Assembly (NCBI GenBank): GCA_964016885.1
Contig: OZ024743.1
Coordinates: 233,430,001-233,494,000, forward strand
DNA length: 64,000 bases
From: Eledone cirrhosa
Taxonomy: Eukaryota
Reading direction: 5' to 3'
Part shown: piece by piece, positions 1 to 11,356 of the stretch
Layout: each line of letters begins with the position of its first letter
How positions within the stretch are numbered: the stretch's first letter is position 1
Program-made: the position numbers and the translations under genes
The notes under the pieces: model-generated
Databases searched by the model: none
What the model was told of the DNA's origin: nothing
The model's input: the letters and a program-made list of their open reading frames with translations, nothing else

Positions 1-3000
1 ACACATACAAATCACTCGCATCACACAGAAAACGTACACGACACTAAAACAAAAATTCCCCAAAGATATCGGAGACTTCCGACAAGCACTCTCCATGAGG
101 ATTTATAAGGACATCCTTCCGGAAGAGGCCACAAGCAGTGAAAAGGATGGAGAAACCATCCTTCCTCTACGAGAAGTAAGGTAAGTGGTCTTTCCCATCT
201 TTTCCACTCCATTTCAACATGACCTCACTCAGAATAGGCAGCATAAATGCGCGTGGCTTGGGGTCGTCATGGAAGCAGGGCCACCTGCTCGACGACCTCA
301 GGTCACTAAACATAGATGTAGTGGCCATCAGCGAGACCAGAATCTCCGAAGCACGGGCCTTCGCACCGATCTTCGGCGGCTACGATGTGTACGAATCTCC
401 CAGTCGTCCTGGATCGGGGGAAGGAGTTGCTGTGCATTTTCGGAGAGGTTTGGATCTCGCCATACGAGCCATCTTCCTGGACCCAGAAGGTAAGTTGGTG
501 GTGCTGGACGTGACCAGCGGAGAGGGGCAAGCTTTCAGGCTACTGGCCGTCTATGCCCCGACAGGAGCAGGGCGGCCGGATTTCTTCCGGCGTCTGGAGA
601 CCTTTCTTGGAACGTCCCGCTCTTTAGTGTTAGTGTGCGACTAGAACGGGATCTTAGATGCACGCTGGGACTGTGTGGGATTAGCGGATAGGGGAGGAGG
701 GTGCAAGAACCTCACCAACCTGCTCAGGCGTTTTGAACTGTCTGACAGGTACTGATTGGATTTCCCGAATGTGCCAATGTGGACTTGGACAAATCGCATA
801 GGGTCATCCAGATCATATCTAGATAGAGTATTTTGTAGGGAAATAGATAGGTCTAGCATAGGCTGTCCACAATTCAAGATAGTCAACTACACGGACCACA
901 AATTCGTGATCTGTGTGCTTGACTTAGATAGGCTTCATAGACGAGGACCCGGCTACTGGAAGCTAAACGCGTCCTTACCAGCGCACAAGGCCTACAGAAA
1001 CCGGATTAGCGAACTAGTTAAGCGGGCGTTGACGGGAGCCATCGTCAACAACAAGTGGTGGTTTGCTCTGAAAAGAGCGATTAGAATAGAGTCCATTAGG
1101 TTTAGTAAGGCTTTAGCAATAGAGAAAAATAGAGCAGAGGGAGAACTAGTTAGAAAATTAGACGAGGCCCTTAGCAAAGCATCGCGACCGACGTACTTGC
1201 GGCGAAATTGGCCCTTGACCAATTCTTCAATGCAAAGCACGAACGCTGCGTTGTCAGAGCTAGGGTGCGTGCTCTCAGACACGAGGGGACGAAAGCCGTT
1301 CAATGGGCCCGAGTGGCGGAGGAGCGTCGTGGCAACAAAGACACGATCCGGTCTTTGGTGGACCACAACGGGCGCATGCTACTCGATCCTGGGCAAATGT
1401 GTGAAGCTTTTCAGCGACAGATCGCACAGCTGTTCGGGGGCAGCAGCGGGCCAGATCGAGGGATGGACTTTAGTGTCTACCTCGACGGACTGCCGCAGCT
1501 CTCGGCCACTGAGGCGGAGTGTTGCGAAAAGCCGATAACAGCCGCTGAAGTACGGGAGGCAATGACTGGCAACACAAGGGGTAAATCGCCTGGTTTGGAT
1601 GGTCTGCCCTCTGAACTTTACGTACAGATGCCAGACTTGTTCGGAGGGTTCTTGGCAGACGTCTACTGCAACTGGAACAGAACGGGAGAATTCCCAGATC
1701 TGTGAGCCGAGAAGCTGTGGCGCTGCTGAGAAAGGATCCGAACAAGGGGATAACATAGATAATTTCAGGCCCATAACTCAGCTAAACACAGAGTTCAAGA
1801 TTTTGGCCAAGGTGCTAGCAAAGAGGTTGGCGCTTGTCGTTGGTGGTCTGGTGGGAGAGGCGCAGACATGCGGCATTCCCGACAGATCCATCCACGACAA
1901 CCTCCACCTCATGCGATATAACGTAGAGAGGGTAGCTAGGGAACTTGGAACGGGTGGGTCCTTGATCAATTTAGTTCAGTCGAAAGCTTTCGATAGGGTC
2001 GACCATCGTTACCTAGCGGCAGTCCTGAGGGCGGCTGGCTTTGGGCCCGTCTTCAGAGGCTGGATCGCTGCCATGCACAGCGACATCTGCTCTGTGGTGA
2101 GAGTGAACGGTCACCTTTCGGAACCGTTCAACATCATGCGCTCGGTCAGCCAAGGATGTCCCCTCTCGTCCCTCTTGTACGTATTCACTCACGAGCCATT
2201 ACTGCACAAACTGGAGACGTTGAGGGGGGTCTGGCGCGAACTATGATACGGAAGATCCGTGTCAGCATATACGGACGATGTCACCTTAGTGGTGTCGAAC
2301 GCCAAACACATCGAGGCGATCGGCACTACACTAAGAGAATACGAAGCGGTGACAGGAGCAATGATCAACCAGGAAAAGTCAGTGGGTCTGCAGCTCGGCA
2401 CCTGGAGAGGCAGGTCCATGCCGTCCAACAGCGTCGTCAGACGCGGGACCGACGGACCGGTTAAATTGCTAGGGGTCTGGTTCGGTCCGGACCTCCAGAC
2501 GGACACAAACTGGGACGAGGTGACGAGCAGGGTGGCTTCTCTCACCCAGAAATGGGCGGAGAGGAAGCTATCCCTGAAAGGTCGAGCGGAGGTGGCTAAC
2601 GCGTACATCGCGTCCGTCATCTACTACCGACTGTCCGTCGTACCTTGTCCTAATCCCCGCCGACTGCGCTGGTGCGTTTGCTCTTTCGATTTTTGTGGAA
2701 GGGACGCGTTCCGATGGTCAGGCGGTCCATCTTCTGTGAACACCCGCTATGTGGAGGGCTGGGCATGCCGTGGCTGATGATTCGCAGACACGCGCTCAGG
2801 CTACGACATCTCCACCTCTTCCTCGACGGTGATCAGGTGTGGTCGCCGTTTGCTAGACGCGTCTTTCCCCAGCTCGTCTCCTTGACAGAGCTGCAGTTCT
2901 GGGTCAAGCGAAGACCGAGAGGGAGCGTTTGGAGACTGGAATGTCTTCAGGCGCTCACAGCCAACGACCAATCGGACAATGTGATCGGTGGACACTCTAC

Positions 3001-3826
3001 CATGGCGTTCTATAGAGGATTAGTGGAGGGGAAGAGCGACGACGTACTTGGAGAAACTCTAGGCGTCGACGAAAATCAACTAGCCAATCTCTTCGGAAGA
3101 ACTTTCGGGCCGGGGCCTATGGACAACTTCCAGAAATCCCTGTCCTGGCAGTGCTACCGAGGAGCTTTGCCAGTTCGGGATAAACTCTACAGGCGTGGAG
3201 GTGCCGTGAGCCAGGCATTTCCGAGATGCGCGCAGGGCGACGAAACCGCTATCAGCTGAGTCCATTGTGAGGATTGCCCCCGCCCTCCTCCTTTAGCCGG
3301 GAAGGGTAGATTTATCTGTCTGGCGGCCATGGCGAAACAGATAGTATGGTGGACACGTTTGAAAGGGCTGAAGGCGAGCCCTTACCTCTTCGGTGATGCC
3401 CTGATTGACTTTTTCAAATTTAATTTGAAAAGGAAAATCAAGGTAGAGAGGGAAGTGCTCTCTTCCCAGCATTTTGTTGAAAGATGGGTGAGAGAAGCAA
3501 GTATGGCCCAAGTGAATGGGCCTACTCTGAGTATGTCTGTAAATTAAAGGTGGAAAACTGAGAGAGGGCACTTGCCCTGGTGGTCAGGGTTACTGTGGCC
3601 TTTTAATGGGCTTTCTTCACAAATGTCCCTCGTAAGTCTCCCCCCTATTGGGGAATTTTTCATTGTTCTTTTATTACATCTTCTGGTTTTTGGGGGGGTT
3701 CTTTTTACACGCAGAAATGCCCATTTGTACCGTCTTGTATTGTCTTGTACTGTCTTTAATATCTACTTTATGTAAACCCTTGTGGTTAATAAAGAAAGCA
3801 TTATTATTATTATTATTATTATTATT
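1..3826 (+). mobile_element. Tx1/L1-clade non-LTR retrotransposon, copy 1 (cut by window start; ORF1 3' end, decayed ORF2, 3' UTR, (TTA)n tail)
   Basis: ORF fragments 219-3547 together give APE endonuclease (SINARGL, ISET, TDHK) and RT (GCPLS, YTDD) with stops/frameshifts; near-identical to ORF2 at 6174; ends AATAAA then (TTA)n at ~3800-3826. Confidence 0.92.
219..3547 (+). pseudogene. Disrupted ORF2 (APE endonuclease + reverse transcriptase) of Tx1-like copy 1
   Basis: Several in-frame stops (e.g. TAG 642-644 where copy 2 has TGG), frameshifts and a deletion near 3250 relative to copy 2. Confidence 0.9.
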
Positions 3827-4041
3827 GAATGCCATGGTTGACGGAGGCTCGGCTCTGTAAGGTATAGTAATTTTTAACCGTTAAAACAATTGTAAATTGT
3901 TTAAAACTTGAACCAAATTGTTGATAAAGACACCCTCCTCCTCGTGAGAGGGGTCTTTCTGTCCGTTATTTGGCCCTTCGGGGTTAAATAACCAGTTATT
4001 GGGGTTTTGTACCCAAAATTTCATTTTAAACAAAAAACAAC

Positions 4042-6138
4042 ATGGCTACAAAAAAGAAATTTCATACGTCACTCCCACTCATTCCGTCTTCTTCTTCCTC
4101 AATCATCACTACAGCAGAGAGAAGATTGTCTCTCTCCCTCCCTTCTTTAAATGTGTCTCTCTCCCTCCCTTCTCTTTCGCAAGTGACGAAAGAAAAGAAA
4201 AGTCTCGTGCAAAGCGTGCAAGGTTTCACCACGACGACGACGACAGCGACGAAACAGGTGTGCGGGAAATACGAAAACCCAGTTCATTCGTCTGACGTCA
4301 GGAATAATAGCAGTAGCAGCCGTAATAACAACAGCAACAGTGACAATGAAAACAACAGTAGCAGCCGCAACAGCATCACCAGCAGCATAAACAACAACAG
4401 CATTAGCAGCAGCAACACCAACAACAACCACAGCAACAGCGGCGGAGGCAGTAGTCGTAGTACCTGCAGCAACAACAAAAGTACCACCAGCTCTGACGAC
4501 AACAACAACAGCAGAGAAAAACCAATCTCATTTGCAGGTATTGCGAAAAACTTGGAAACAATCCTCATAACAAATGAGGAATTAGAGGAAGCGAAGAAGA
4601 TGGTGACAAAGAACGGACACCGAGCAATCTGCAAGGCAGCGAAAAATTTTTTCGAAACCCAAGAGCACTGTACGGTCACGTACCGTACAGTAAGTACAAA
4701 ATCCCGTAGGGTGGAAAGAGCCACAGAGGCCCAAATACAAAAAGCCTTGGGGTCTGTGTGGCAGAGGAAAACGCACATCACCCGAGGCAAAAAATACGCC
4801 ACCGTAGACGTACTTTTTGCCACACCCCAGGAGGCAAAGGCCCAATCAGTAGTGACCCTAAGGAGCGAGGAAATGGTGTTGGTGCCCTCCTACTGCGGGC
4901 AAAAAATTGTGAGGGTCAAACTGACCCACGTCCCCCCCGGAATGACCCCTTCTTGGCTGGCCGCGTCTGTCCTCGTCGGAATCGAGGACAAAACAACTGT
5001 ACTGCAAGTACAGAAAAAAGTAAGAGAAGATTGGGTCGGCTCCTCCATTGAGATGCTAATCCAAACCAACCAGGAGTGCATCGAAGCTATCCCGGATGTG
5101 ATAGACTTCGATAACGGCACTCAACTGCCCATAAGTGTTGAGGGCAAACGCCCGAAATGCTTTCGCTGTGGATCGAAGACTCACCTCAGGGCCTTCTGCA
5201 ACGAGAAGACCCTGAGAAAGGAGAAAACCCCCCTCCTTCCGAATCCGGCTCCACGGCTACCAGCAACAGGACAAGCGGCAACCAGGAACGATAGGTCCGT
5301 GGCACCCATACCCACTCCACGGAAATCAAAGACAGCAGCAGCAGTGGAAATATTAACAACAACAACAGCAATACCAAATGCAGCTGCAACAGAGACTCCA
5401 GTGCAAACATCACCAACAACAACAAGTGAAAGAGTGGAGCTGGTACCCCTCCCCGACCTCACAGAATCAGACATGGAGTGTGAGGTGGGAGAGGGATGGC
5501 AAAAGGTCGCAAGAAGGCACAAACGCAGAAGCAGCGCATCGTCGCCTTTGAAAAGGGAGGAAAGAAATGAGAAAAGGGTAAAGTCTACTGCAAAGAGACC
5601 CACAGCAGCAACAACACCAACACCATCACCACCCACACTAGCACCACCATCACCACCGGCGACAACCCCACCGCCAACAACACCTTCAACACCACCACCA
5701 CAAGCACCAACATCGCAAACACAACAACAAAACACACACACCCAGCAACAACGACAAGAAAATAGCAGAACCACACCCCACCCCCAGAAAAACAAATGCA
5801 CGGCAATAAATACACACAACAAGAAACTAATGACTTACATAATTGAACACACAGACATTTCACAACAGGACTACATAATACCAGCACCAATCAAAACGCC
5901 AACTAACATAAGACTGCTAAAAATAGCACAGAAACAATACACAAACATTAAAACGAAATTCCCCAACGCAGTTGGTGATTTCAGGGACCTAGGAGGAACC
6001 ATCAATCGAAGAGTATACTCAGACATTCTCTTAGAAGAGCCGACGACCAGCCGAAGGGACGATTCAACGGTCCCTTCACCAGACGATCAAGTGAAAAGGG
6101 ATGTAAAAACCATCCCTCCTCTACCAAAAGTACGGTAA
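4042..6138 (+). CDS. ORF1p, gag-like nucleic-acid-binding protein (698 aa) with CCHC zinc knuckle
   Basis: Open ORF upstream of ORF2; CFRCGSKTHLRAFC fits CX2CX4HX4C; Asn/Ser-rich N-terminal and Pro/Thr-rich C-terminal low-complexity tracts. Confidence 0.88.
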   Translation: MATKKKFHTSLPLIPSSSSSIITTAERRLSLSLPSLNVSLSLPSLSQVTKEKKSLVQSVQGFTTTTTTATKQVCGKYENPVHSSDVRNNSSSSRNNNSNSDNENNSSSRNSITSSINNNSISSSNTNNNHSNSGGGSSRSTCSNNKSTTSSDDNNNSREKPISFAGIAKNLETILITNEELEEAKKMVTKNGHRAICKAAKNFFETQEHCTVTYRTVSTKSRRVERATEAQIQKALGSVWQRKTHITRGKKYATVDVLFATPQEAKAQSVVTLRSEEMVLVPSYCGQKIVRVKLTHVPPGMTPSWLAASVLVGIEDKTTVLQVQKKVREDWVGSSIEMLIQTNQECIEAIPDVIDFDNGTQLPISVEGKRPKCFRCGSKTHLRAFCNEKTLRKEKTPLLPNPAPRLPATGQAATRNDRSVAPIPTPRKSKTAAAVEILTTTTAIPNAAATETPVQTSPTTTSERVELVPLPDLTESDMECEVGEGWQKVARRHKRRSSASSPLKREERNEKRVKSTAKRPTAATTPTPSPPTLAPPSPPATTPPPTTPSTPPPQAPTSQTQQQNTHTQQQRQENSRTTPHPQKNKCTAINTHNKKLMTYIIEHTDISQQDYIIPAPIKTPTNIRLLKIAQKQYTNIKTKFPNAVGDFRDLGGTINRRVYSDILLEEPTTSRRDDSTVPSPDDQVKRDVKTIPPLPKVR

Positions 6139-6173
6139 GTGGTCTTTCCCATCTTTTCCACTCTATTTTAAAC

Positions 6174-9100
6174 ATGACCTCACTCAGAATAGGCAGCATA
6201 AATGCGCGTGGCTTGGGGTCGTCATGGAAACAGGGTCACCTGCTCAACGACCTCAGGTCACTAAACATAGATGTAGTGGCCATCAGCGAGACCAGAATCT
6301 CCGAAGCACGGGCCTTCGCACCGATCTTCGGCGGCTACGATGTGTACGCATCTCCCAGCCGTCCTGGATCGGGTGGAGGAGTTGCTGTGCTTTTTCGGAG
6401 AGGTTTGGATCTCGCCATACGGGCCATCTTCCTGGACCCAGAGGGTAAGCTGGTGGTGCTGGACGTGACCAGCGGAGACGGGCAAGCTTTCAGGCTAGTG
6501 GCCGTCTATGCCCCGACAGGAGCAGGGCGGCCGGATTTCTTCCGGCGTCTGGAGACCTTTCTTGGAACGTCCCGCTCTTTAGTGTTAGTGGGCGACTGGA
6601 ACGGGATCTTAGATGCACGCTGGGACTGTGTGGGATTAGCGGATAGGGGTGGAGGGTGCAAGAGCCTCACCAACCTGCTCAGGCGTTTTGAACTGTCTGA
6701 CAGGTACCGATTGGATTTCCCGAATGTGCCAATGTGGACTTGGACAAACCGCATAGGGTCATCCAGATCATATCTAGATAGAATATTTTGTAGGGAAATA
6801 GATAGGTCTAGCATAGGCTGTCCACAATTCAAGATAGTCAGCTACACGGACCACAAATTCGTGACCTGTGTGCTTGACTTAGATAGGCTTCATAGACGAG
6901 GACCCGGCTACTGGAAGCTAAACGCGTCCTTACCAGCGCGCAAGGCCTACAGAGACCGGATTAGCGAACTAGTTAAGCGGGCGTTGACGGGGGCCATCGT
7001 CAACAACAAGTGGTGGTTTGCTCTGAAAAGAGCGTTTAGAATAGAATCGATTAGGTTTAGTAAGGCTTTAGCAATAGAGAAAAATAGAGCAGAGGGAGAA
7101 CTAGTTAGAAAATTAGACGAGGCGCTTAGCAAAGGCATTGCGACCGACGTGCTTGCGGCGAAATTGGCCCTTGACCAATTCTTCAATGCAAAGCACGAAG
7201 GCTGCGTTGTCAGAGCTAGGGTGCGTGCTCTCAGACACGAGGGGACGAAAGCCGTTCAATGGGCCCGAGTGGCGGAGGCGCGTCGTGGCAACAAAGCCAC
7301 GATCCGGTCTTTGGTGGACCACGACGGGCGCATGCTACTCGATCCCGGGCAAATGTGTGAAGCTTTTCAGCGACACTTCGCTCAGCTGTTCGGGGGCAGC
7401 GGTGGGCCGGGTAGAGGGATGGACTTTAGTGTCTACCTCGACGGACTGCCGCTGCTCTCGGCCACTGAGGCGAGGTGTTGCGAAAAGCCGATAACAGCCG
7501 CTGAAGTACGGGAGGCAATGACTGGCTGCACAAGGGGTAAATCGCCTGGTTTGGATGGTCTGCCCTATGAACTTTACGTACAGATGCCAGACTTGTTCGG
7601 AGGCCTCTTGGCGGACGTCTACTGCAACTGGCAACAGAACGGGAGAATTCCCAGTTCTGTGAGCCGAGGAGCGGTGGCACTGCTGAGAAACGATCCGAAC
7701 AAGGGGGATAACATAGACAATTTCCGGCCCATAACTCTGCTAAACACAGAGTTTAAGATTTTGGCCAAGGTGCTAGCAAAGAGGTTGGCGCTTGTCGTTG
7801 GTGGTCTGGTGGGAGAGGCGCAGACATGCGCCATTCCCGACAGATCCATCCACGACAACCTCCACCTCATGCGATACATCGTAGAGAGGGTAGCTAGGGA
7901 ACCTGGCACGGGTGGGTCCTTGATCAATTTAGATCAGTCGAAAGCTTTCGATAGGGTCGACCATCGTTACCTAGCGGCAGTCCTGAGGGCGGCTGGCTTT
8001 GGGCCCGTCTTCAGAGGCTGGATCGCTGCCATGCACAGCGACATCTGCTCTGTGGTGAGAGTGAACGGTCACCTGTCGGAACCGTTCAACATCATGCGCT
8101 CGGTCCGCCAAGGATGTCCCCTCTCGTCCCTCTTGTACGTATTGACTCTCGAGCCATTACTGCACAAACTGGAGACGTTGAGGGGAGTCCCGCGCGAACT
8201 AGGATGCGGAAGATCCGTGTCAGCATATGCGGACGATGTCACCGTAGTGGTGTCGAACGCCAAACACATCGAGGCGATCGGCACTACACTAAGAGAATAC
8301 GAAGCGGTGACAGGAGCAATGATCAACCAGGAAAAGTCAGTGGGCCTGCAGCTCGGCACCTGGAGAGGCAGGTCCATGCCGTCCAACAGCGTCGTCGGGC
8401 GCTGGACGGACGGACCGGTTAAATTGCTAGGGGTCTGGTTCGGTCCGGACCTCCAGACGGACAAAAACTGGGACGAGGTGACGAGCAGGGTGGCTTCTCT
8501 CACCCAGAAATGGGCGGAGAGGAAGCTATCCCTGAAAGGTCGAGCGGAGGTGGCTAACGCGTACATCGCGTCTGTCATCTGCTACCGCCTAACCGTCGTA
8601 CCTTGTCCTAAGCCTCGCCTGACTGCGCTGGAGCGTTTGCTCTTTCGCTTTTTGTGGAAGGGACGTGCTCCGATGGTCAGGCGGTCCATCTGTTGTCAAC
8701 ACCCGCTACGTGGAGGGCTGGGCATGCCGTGGCTGATGATGCGCAGGCACGCGCTCAGGCTACGACATCTCCACCTCTTCCTCGACGGTGATCAGGTGTG
8801 GTCGCCGTTTGCTAGACGCGTTTTTCCCCAGCTCGTTTCCTTGACGGAGCTGCAGTCCTGGGTCAAGCGAAGACCGAGAGGGAGCGCCTGGAGACTGGAA
8901 TGTCTTCAGGCGCTCACAGCCCTCGACCAATCGGGCAATGTGATCGGTGGAAACTCCACCTCGGCGTTCTATAGAGGATTAGTGGAGGGGAAGAGCGACG
9001 ACGTACTTGGGGAAACTCTAGGCGTCGACGAAAATCAACTAGCCAATCTCTTCGGAAGAACTTTCGGGCCAGGGCCTATGGACAACTTCCAGAAATCTCT

Positions 9101-9593
9101 GGCCTGGCAGTGCTACCGAGGAGCCTTGCCAGTTCGGGATAAACTCTACAGGCATGGAGGTGCCGTCAGCCGGGCATGTCCGAGATGCGCGCAGGGCGAC
9201 GAAACCGTCCTGCACGCACTCGTCCAGTGTCCGAAAATTGCTGACTTGTGGGTTTATGTCGAACACCTGCTGTCGCGTTTAGGACGGATCCAGCTATCAT
9301 CTGAGTCTATCGTGAGGATTGCCCCGCCCTCCTCCTTTAGCCGGGAAGGGCAGGCAGTTTTTATCTGTCTGGTGGCCATGGCGAAAGAGATAGTATGGTA
9401 GACACGTTTGAAAGGGCTGAAGACGAGCACTTACCTCTTCGGTGATGCTCTGATTGACTTTTTCAAATTTCATTTGAAAAGGAAAATCAGAGTAGAGAAG
9501 GAAGTGCTCTCTTCCCAGCATTTTGTTGAAAGATGGGTGAGAGAAGCAAGAATGGCCCGAGTGAATGGGCCGACTCTGAGTATATATCTGTAA
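6174..9593 (+). CDS. ORF2p: APE endonuclease, RT, C-terminal zinc finger; single nonsense codon at 9399-9401
   Basis: GDWN, SYLDR, TDHK (EN); KSPGLDG, LDQSKAFDRVDH, RQGCPLS, YADD (RT); CPRC..ETVLHALVQC; TAG at 9399 is TGG in copy 1 and the frame continues to 9593. Confidence 0.93.
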
Positions 9594-9840
9594 ACTAAAG
9601 GTGGAAAACTGGGAGAGGGCACTTGCCTTGGTGGTCAGGGTCATTGTGGCTTTTTACTGGGCTTTCTCCACAAATGTCCCTCCGAAGTCTCCCCCCTATT
9701 GGGGAATTTTTCATTGTTATTTTTGTTACATCCTCTGTTTTTGTTTTTTACACGCAGAAATGCCCATTTGTACCGTCCTGCATTGTCCTGCACTGTCCTT
9801 AATGTCTACTTTATGTAAACCCTTGTGGTTAATAAAGAAA

Positions 9841-9887
<47 letters not shown>

Positions 9888-9888
<1 letters not shown>

Positions 9889-11146
9889 TTTGAGTCTCAG
9901 TCATTGATGTTAGTTAACTGGAAAGTTTGTTGAAATGAATATCAAACCACTACCTGCATCCTCAGATATTCAGGACATATCGGAGGGTTCTTGCTGTTCC
10001 CAGCAAGCATGCCTTTTGAAGCGTTCCAAAAAGCGTGGCGGGGCCAATTTTCTTTAACCATCCCTGGAAACTTTTTGAGATAGTAACTAGTGCGCCTATG
10101 ACAATCGGGACCACTTTGACTTCATGGCAGTTCCAAATCCTTTTTACCTCCCACTTTAAGTCATGGTATCGGTTAATTTTCTCCCTCTCCTTCTCTTGCA
10201 CTCTCGTGTCGAATGGGCAGGCCACATCCACAATCAGGCACGATCTTTTTTCTTTGTCCAAAACCACCAGGTCAGGTCTATTATGTTCCAGTTTCTTGTC
10301 CGTCTGTATCCTAAAATTCCACAGCACCTTCAACTGATAGTTTTCTATCACTGGCTCTGGCTTGTGCTCATACCACTTCTCAGAATGTGGTAAATCGTTT
10401 ACTTTGCATAGGTGCCAGTGGACCACCCTGCTCATCACATCATGTCTCCAGCCTTTATAGTGAGTCTGGGCTAGGTGTTTACACTCGGATACAATGTGAG
10501 CCACAGTCTCCTCTCTCTCTCCACAGATCCTGCACAGTGGTCTAGCATCCTCCTTGTAAATATGGTGTTTCAACCACTTCGTTTTGAGGGCCTGCTCTTG
10601 CGCAGCCATTAGCATTCCTTCTGTAGCCTTTTTAAGGTCTCCTCTTTTCAACCAGTTCCATGTCTGTGGATCTCTGAATTCAGTTTTCTCAAAGAAGGTA
10701 CTATGAAGGGATTTTTCCTGAAGGCTGCTCTTTCTCCTTGTTGTTATTTCCTCCTTGGACACCCCCTGGTCTATTGTTCTCTCCTTCAGTACAGTTCTGA
10801 GCATTGGCTCCTTACTATCAGTCACGTATTTGTGTAGGTTGTCTTTCTCCATCTGAACACAGTCCTCTATGCTGATAAGACCTCTTCCACCCTCAGATCT
10901 CCTTAAGTAGAGTCTATCGACATCACTCCTCTTGTGGAACATGTTGTAGATAGTCAATAGCTTCCTAGTCTTCCTATCCATTTCTTTTTGTTCAGCAACA
11001 TTCCATCTCAAAATTCCCGCACTGTACCTAATAATAGACACAGCTCGGGAATTTACTGCACTTATGGCATTCCTACTGTTCAGATGTGACTTTAATACGC
11101 TCCTTACTCTCCGAATGTATTCAGATCTTATCAATTCCTTCATTTT
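9888..11146 (-). mobile_element. 5'-truncated Dong/R4-clade RLE non-LTR retrotransposon (family A), ORF 9962-11143 open
   Basis: EGGRGL, CRICGEREETVAHIVSEC (CCHC), RHD, NRPDLVV..IVDVACP..EKINRY restriction-like endonuclease motifs; flanked on both sides by (TAA)n. Confidence 0.88.
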
Positions 11147-11169
11147 TTATTATTATTATTATTATTATT

Positions 11170-11313
11170 GTTCTTTGAGTCTCATTCATTGATGTTAGTT
11201 AACTGGAAAGTTTGTTGAAATGAATATCAAGCCACTACCTGCAGCCTCAGATATTCAGGACGTATCGGAGGGTTCTTGCTGTTCCCAGCAAGCATGCCTT
11301 TTGAAGCATTCCA
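11170..11313 (-). mobile_element. Very short 3'-end copy of Dong/R4 family A
   Basis: Near-identical to 9888-10027; bounded by (TTA)n at 11148-11169 and 11315-11355. Confidence 0.85.
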
Positions 11314-11314
11314 A

Positions 11315-11355
<41 letters not shown>

Positions 11356-11356
<1 letters not shown>

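Larger units (their letters stand above)
3827..9887 (+). mobile_element. Full-length Tx1/L1-clade non-LTR retrotransposon, copy 2
   Basis: ~215-bp 5' UTR, ORF1, 35-bp spacer, ORF2, 3' UTR with AATAAA, (TTA)n tail 9843-9887; starts directly after the (TTA)n tail of copy 1. Confidence 0.93.

Noticed and set aside
3926-3960. HDV-like ribozyme in the Tx1 5' UTR (CTC-CTCCTCGT-GAG resembles P3/L3)
   Set aside because: No P1, GG (P1.1) or J4/2 elements could be assembled; a simple hairpin explains it
185-9644. Overlapping and antisense short ORFs inside the Tx1, Dong, Gypsy and PLE coding regions
   Set aside because: Shadow frames of TE genes with no recognisable motifs
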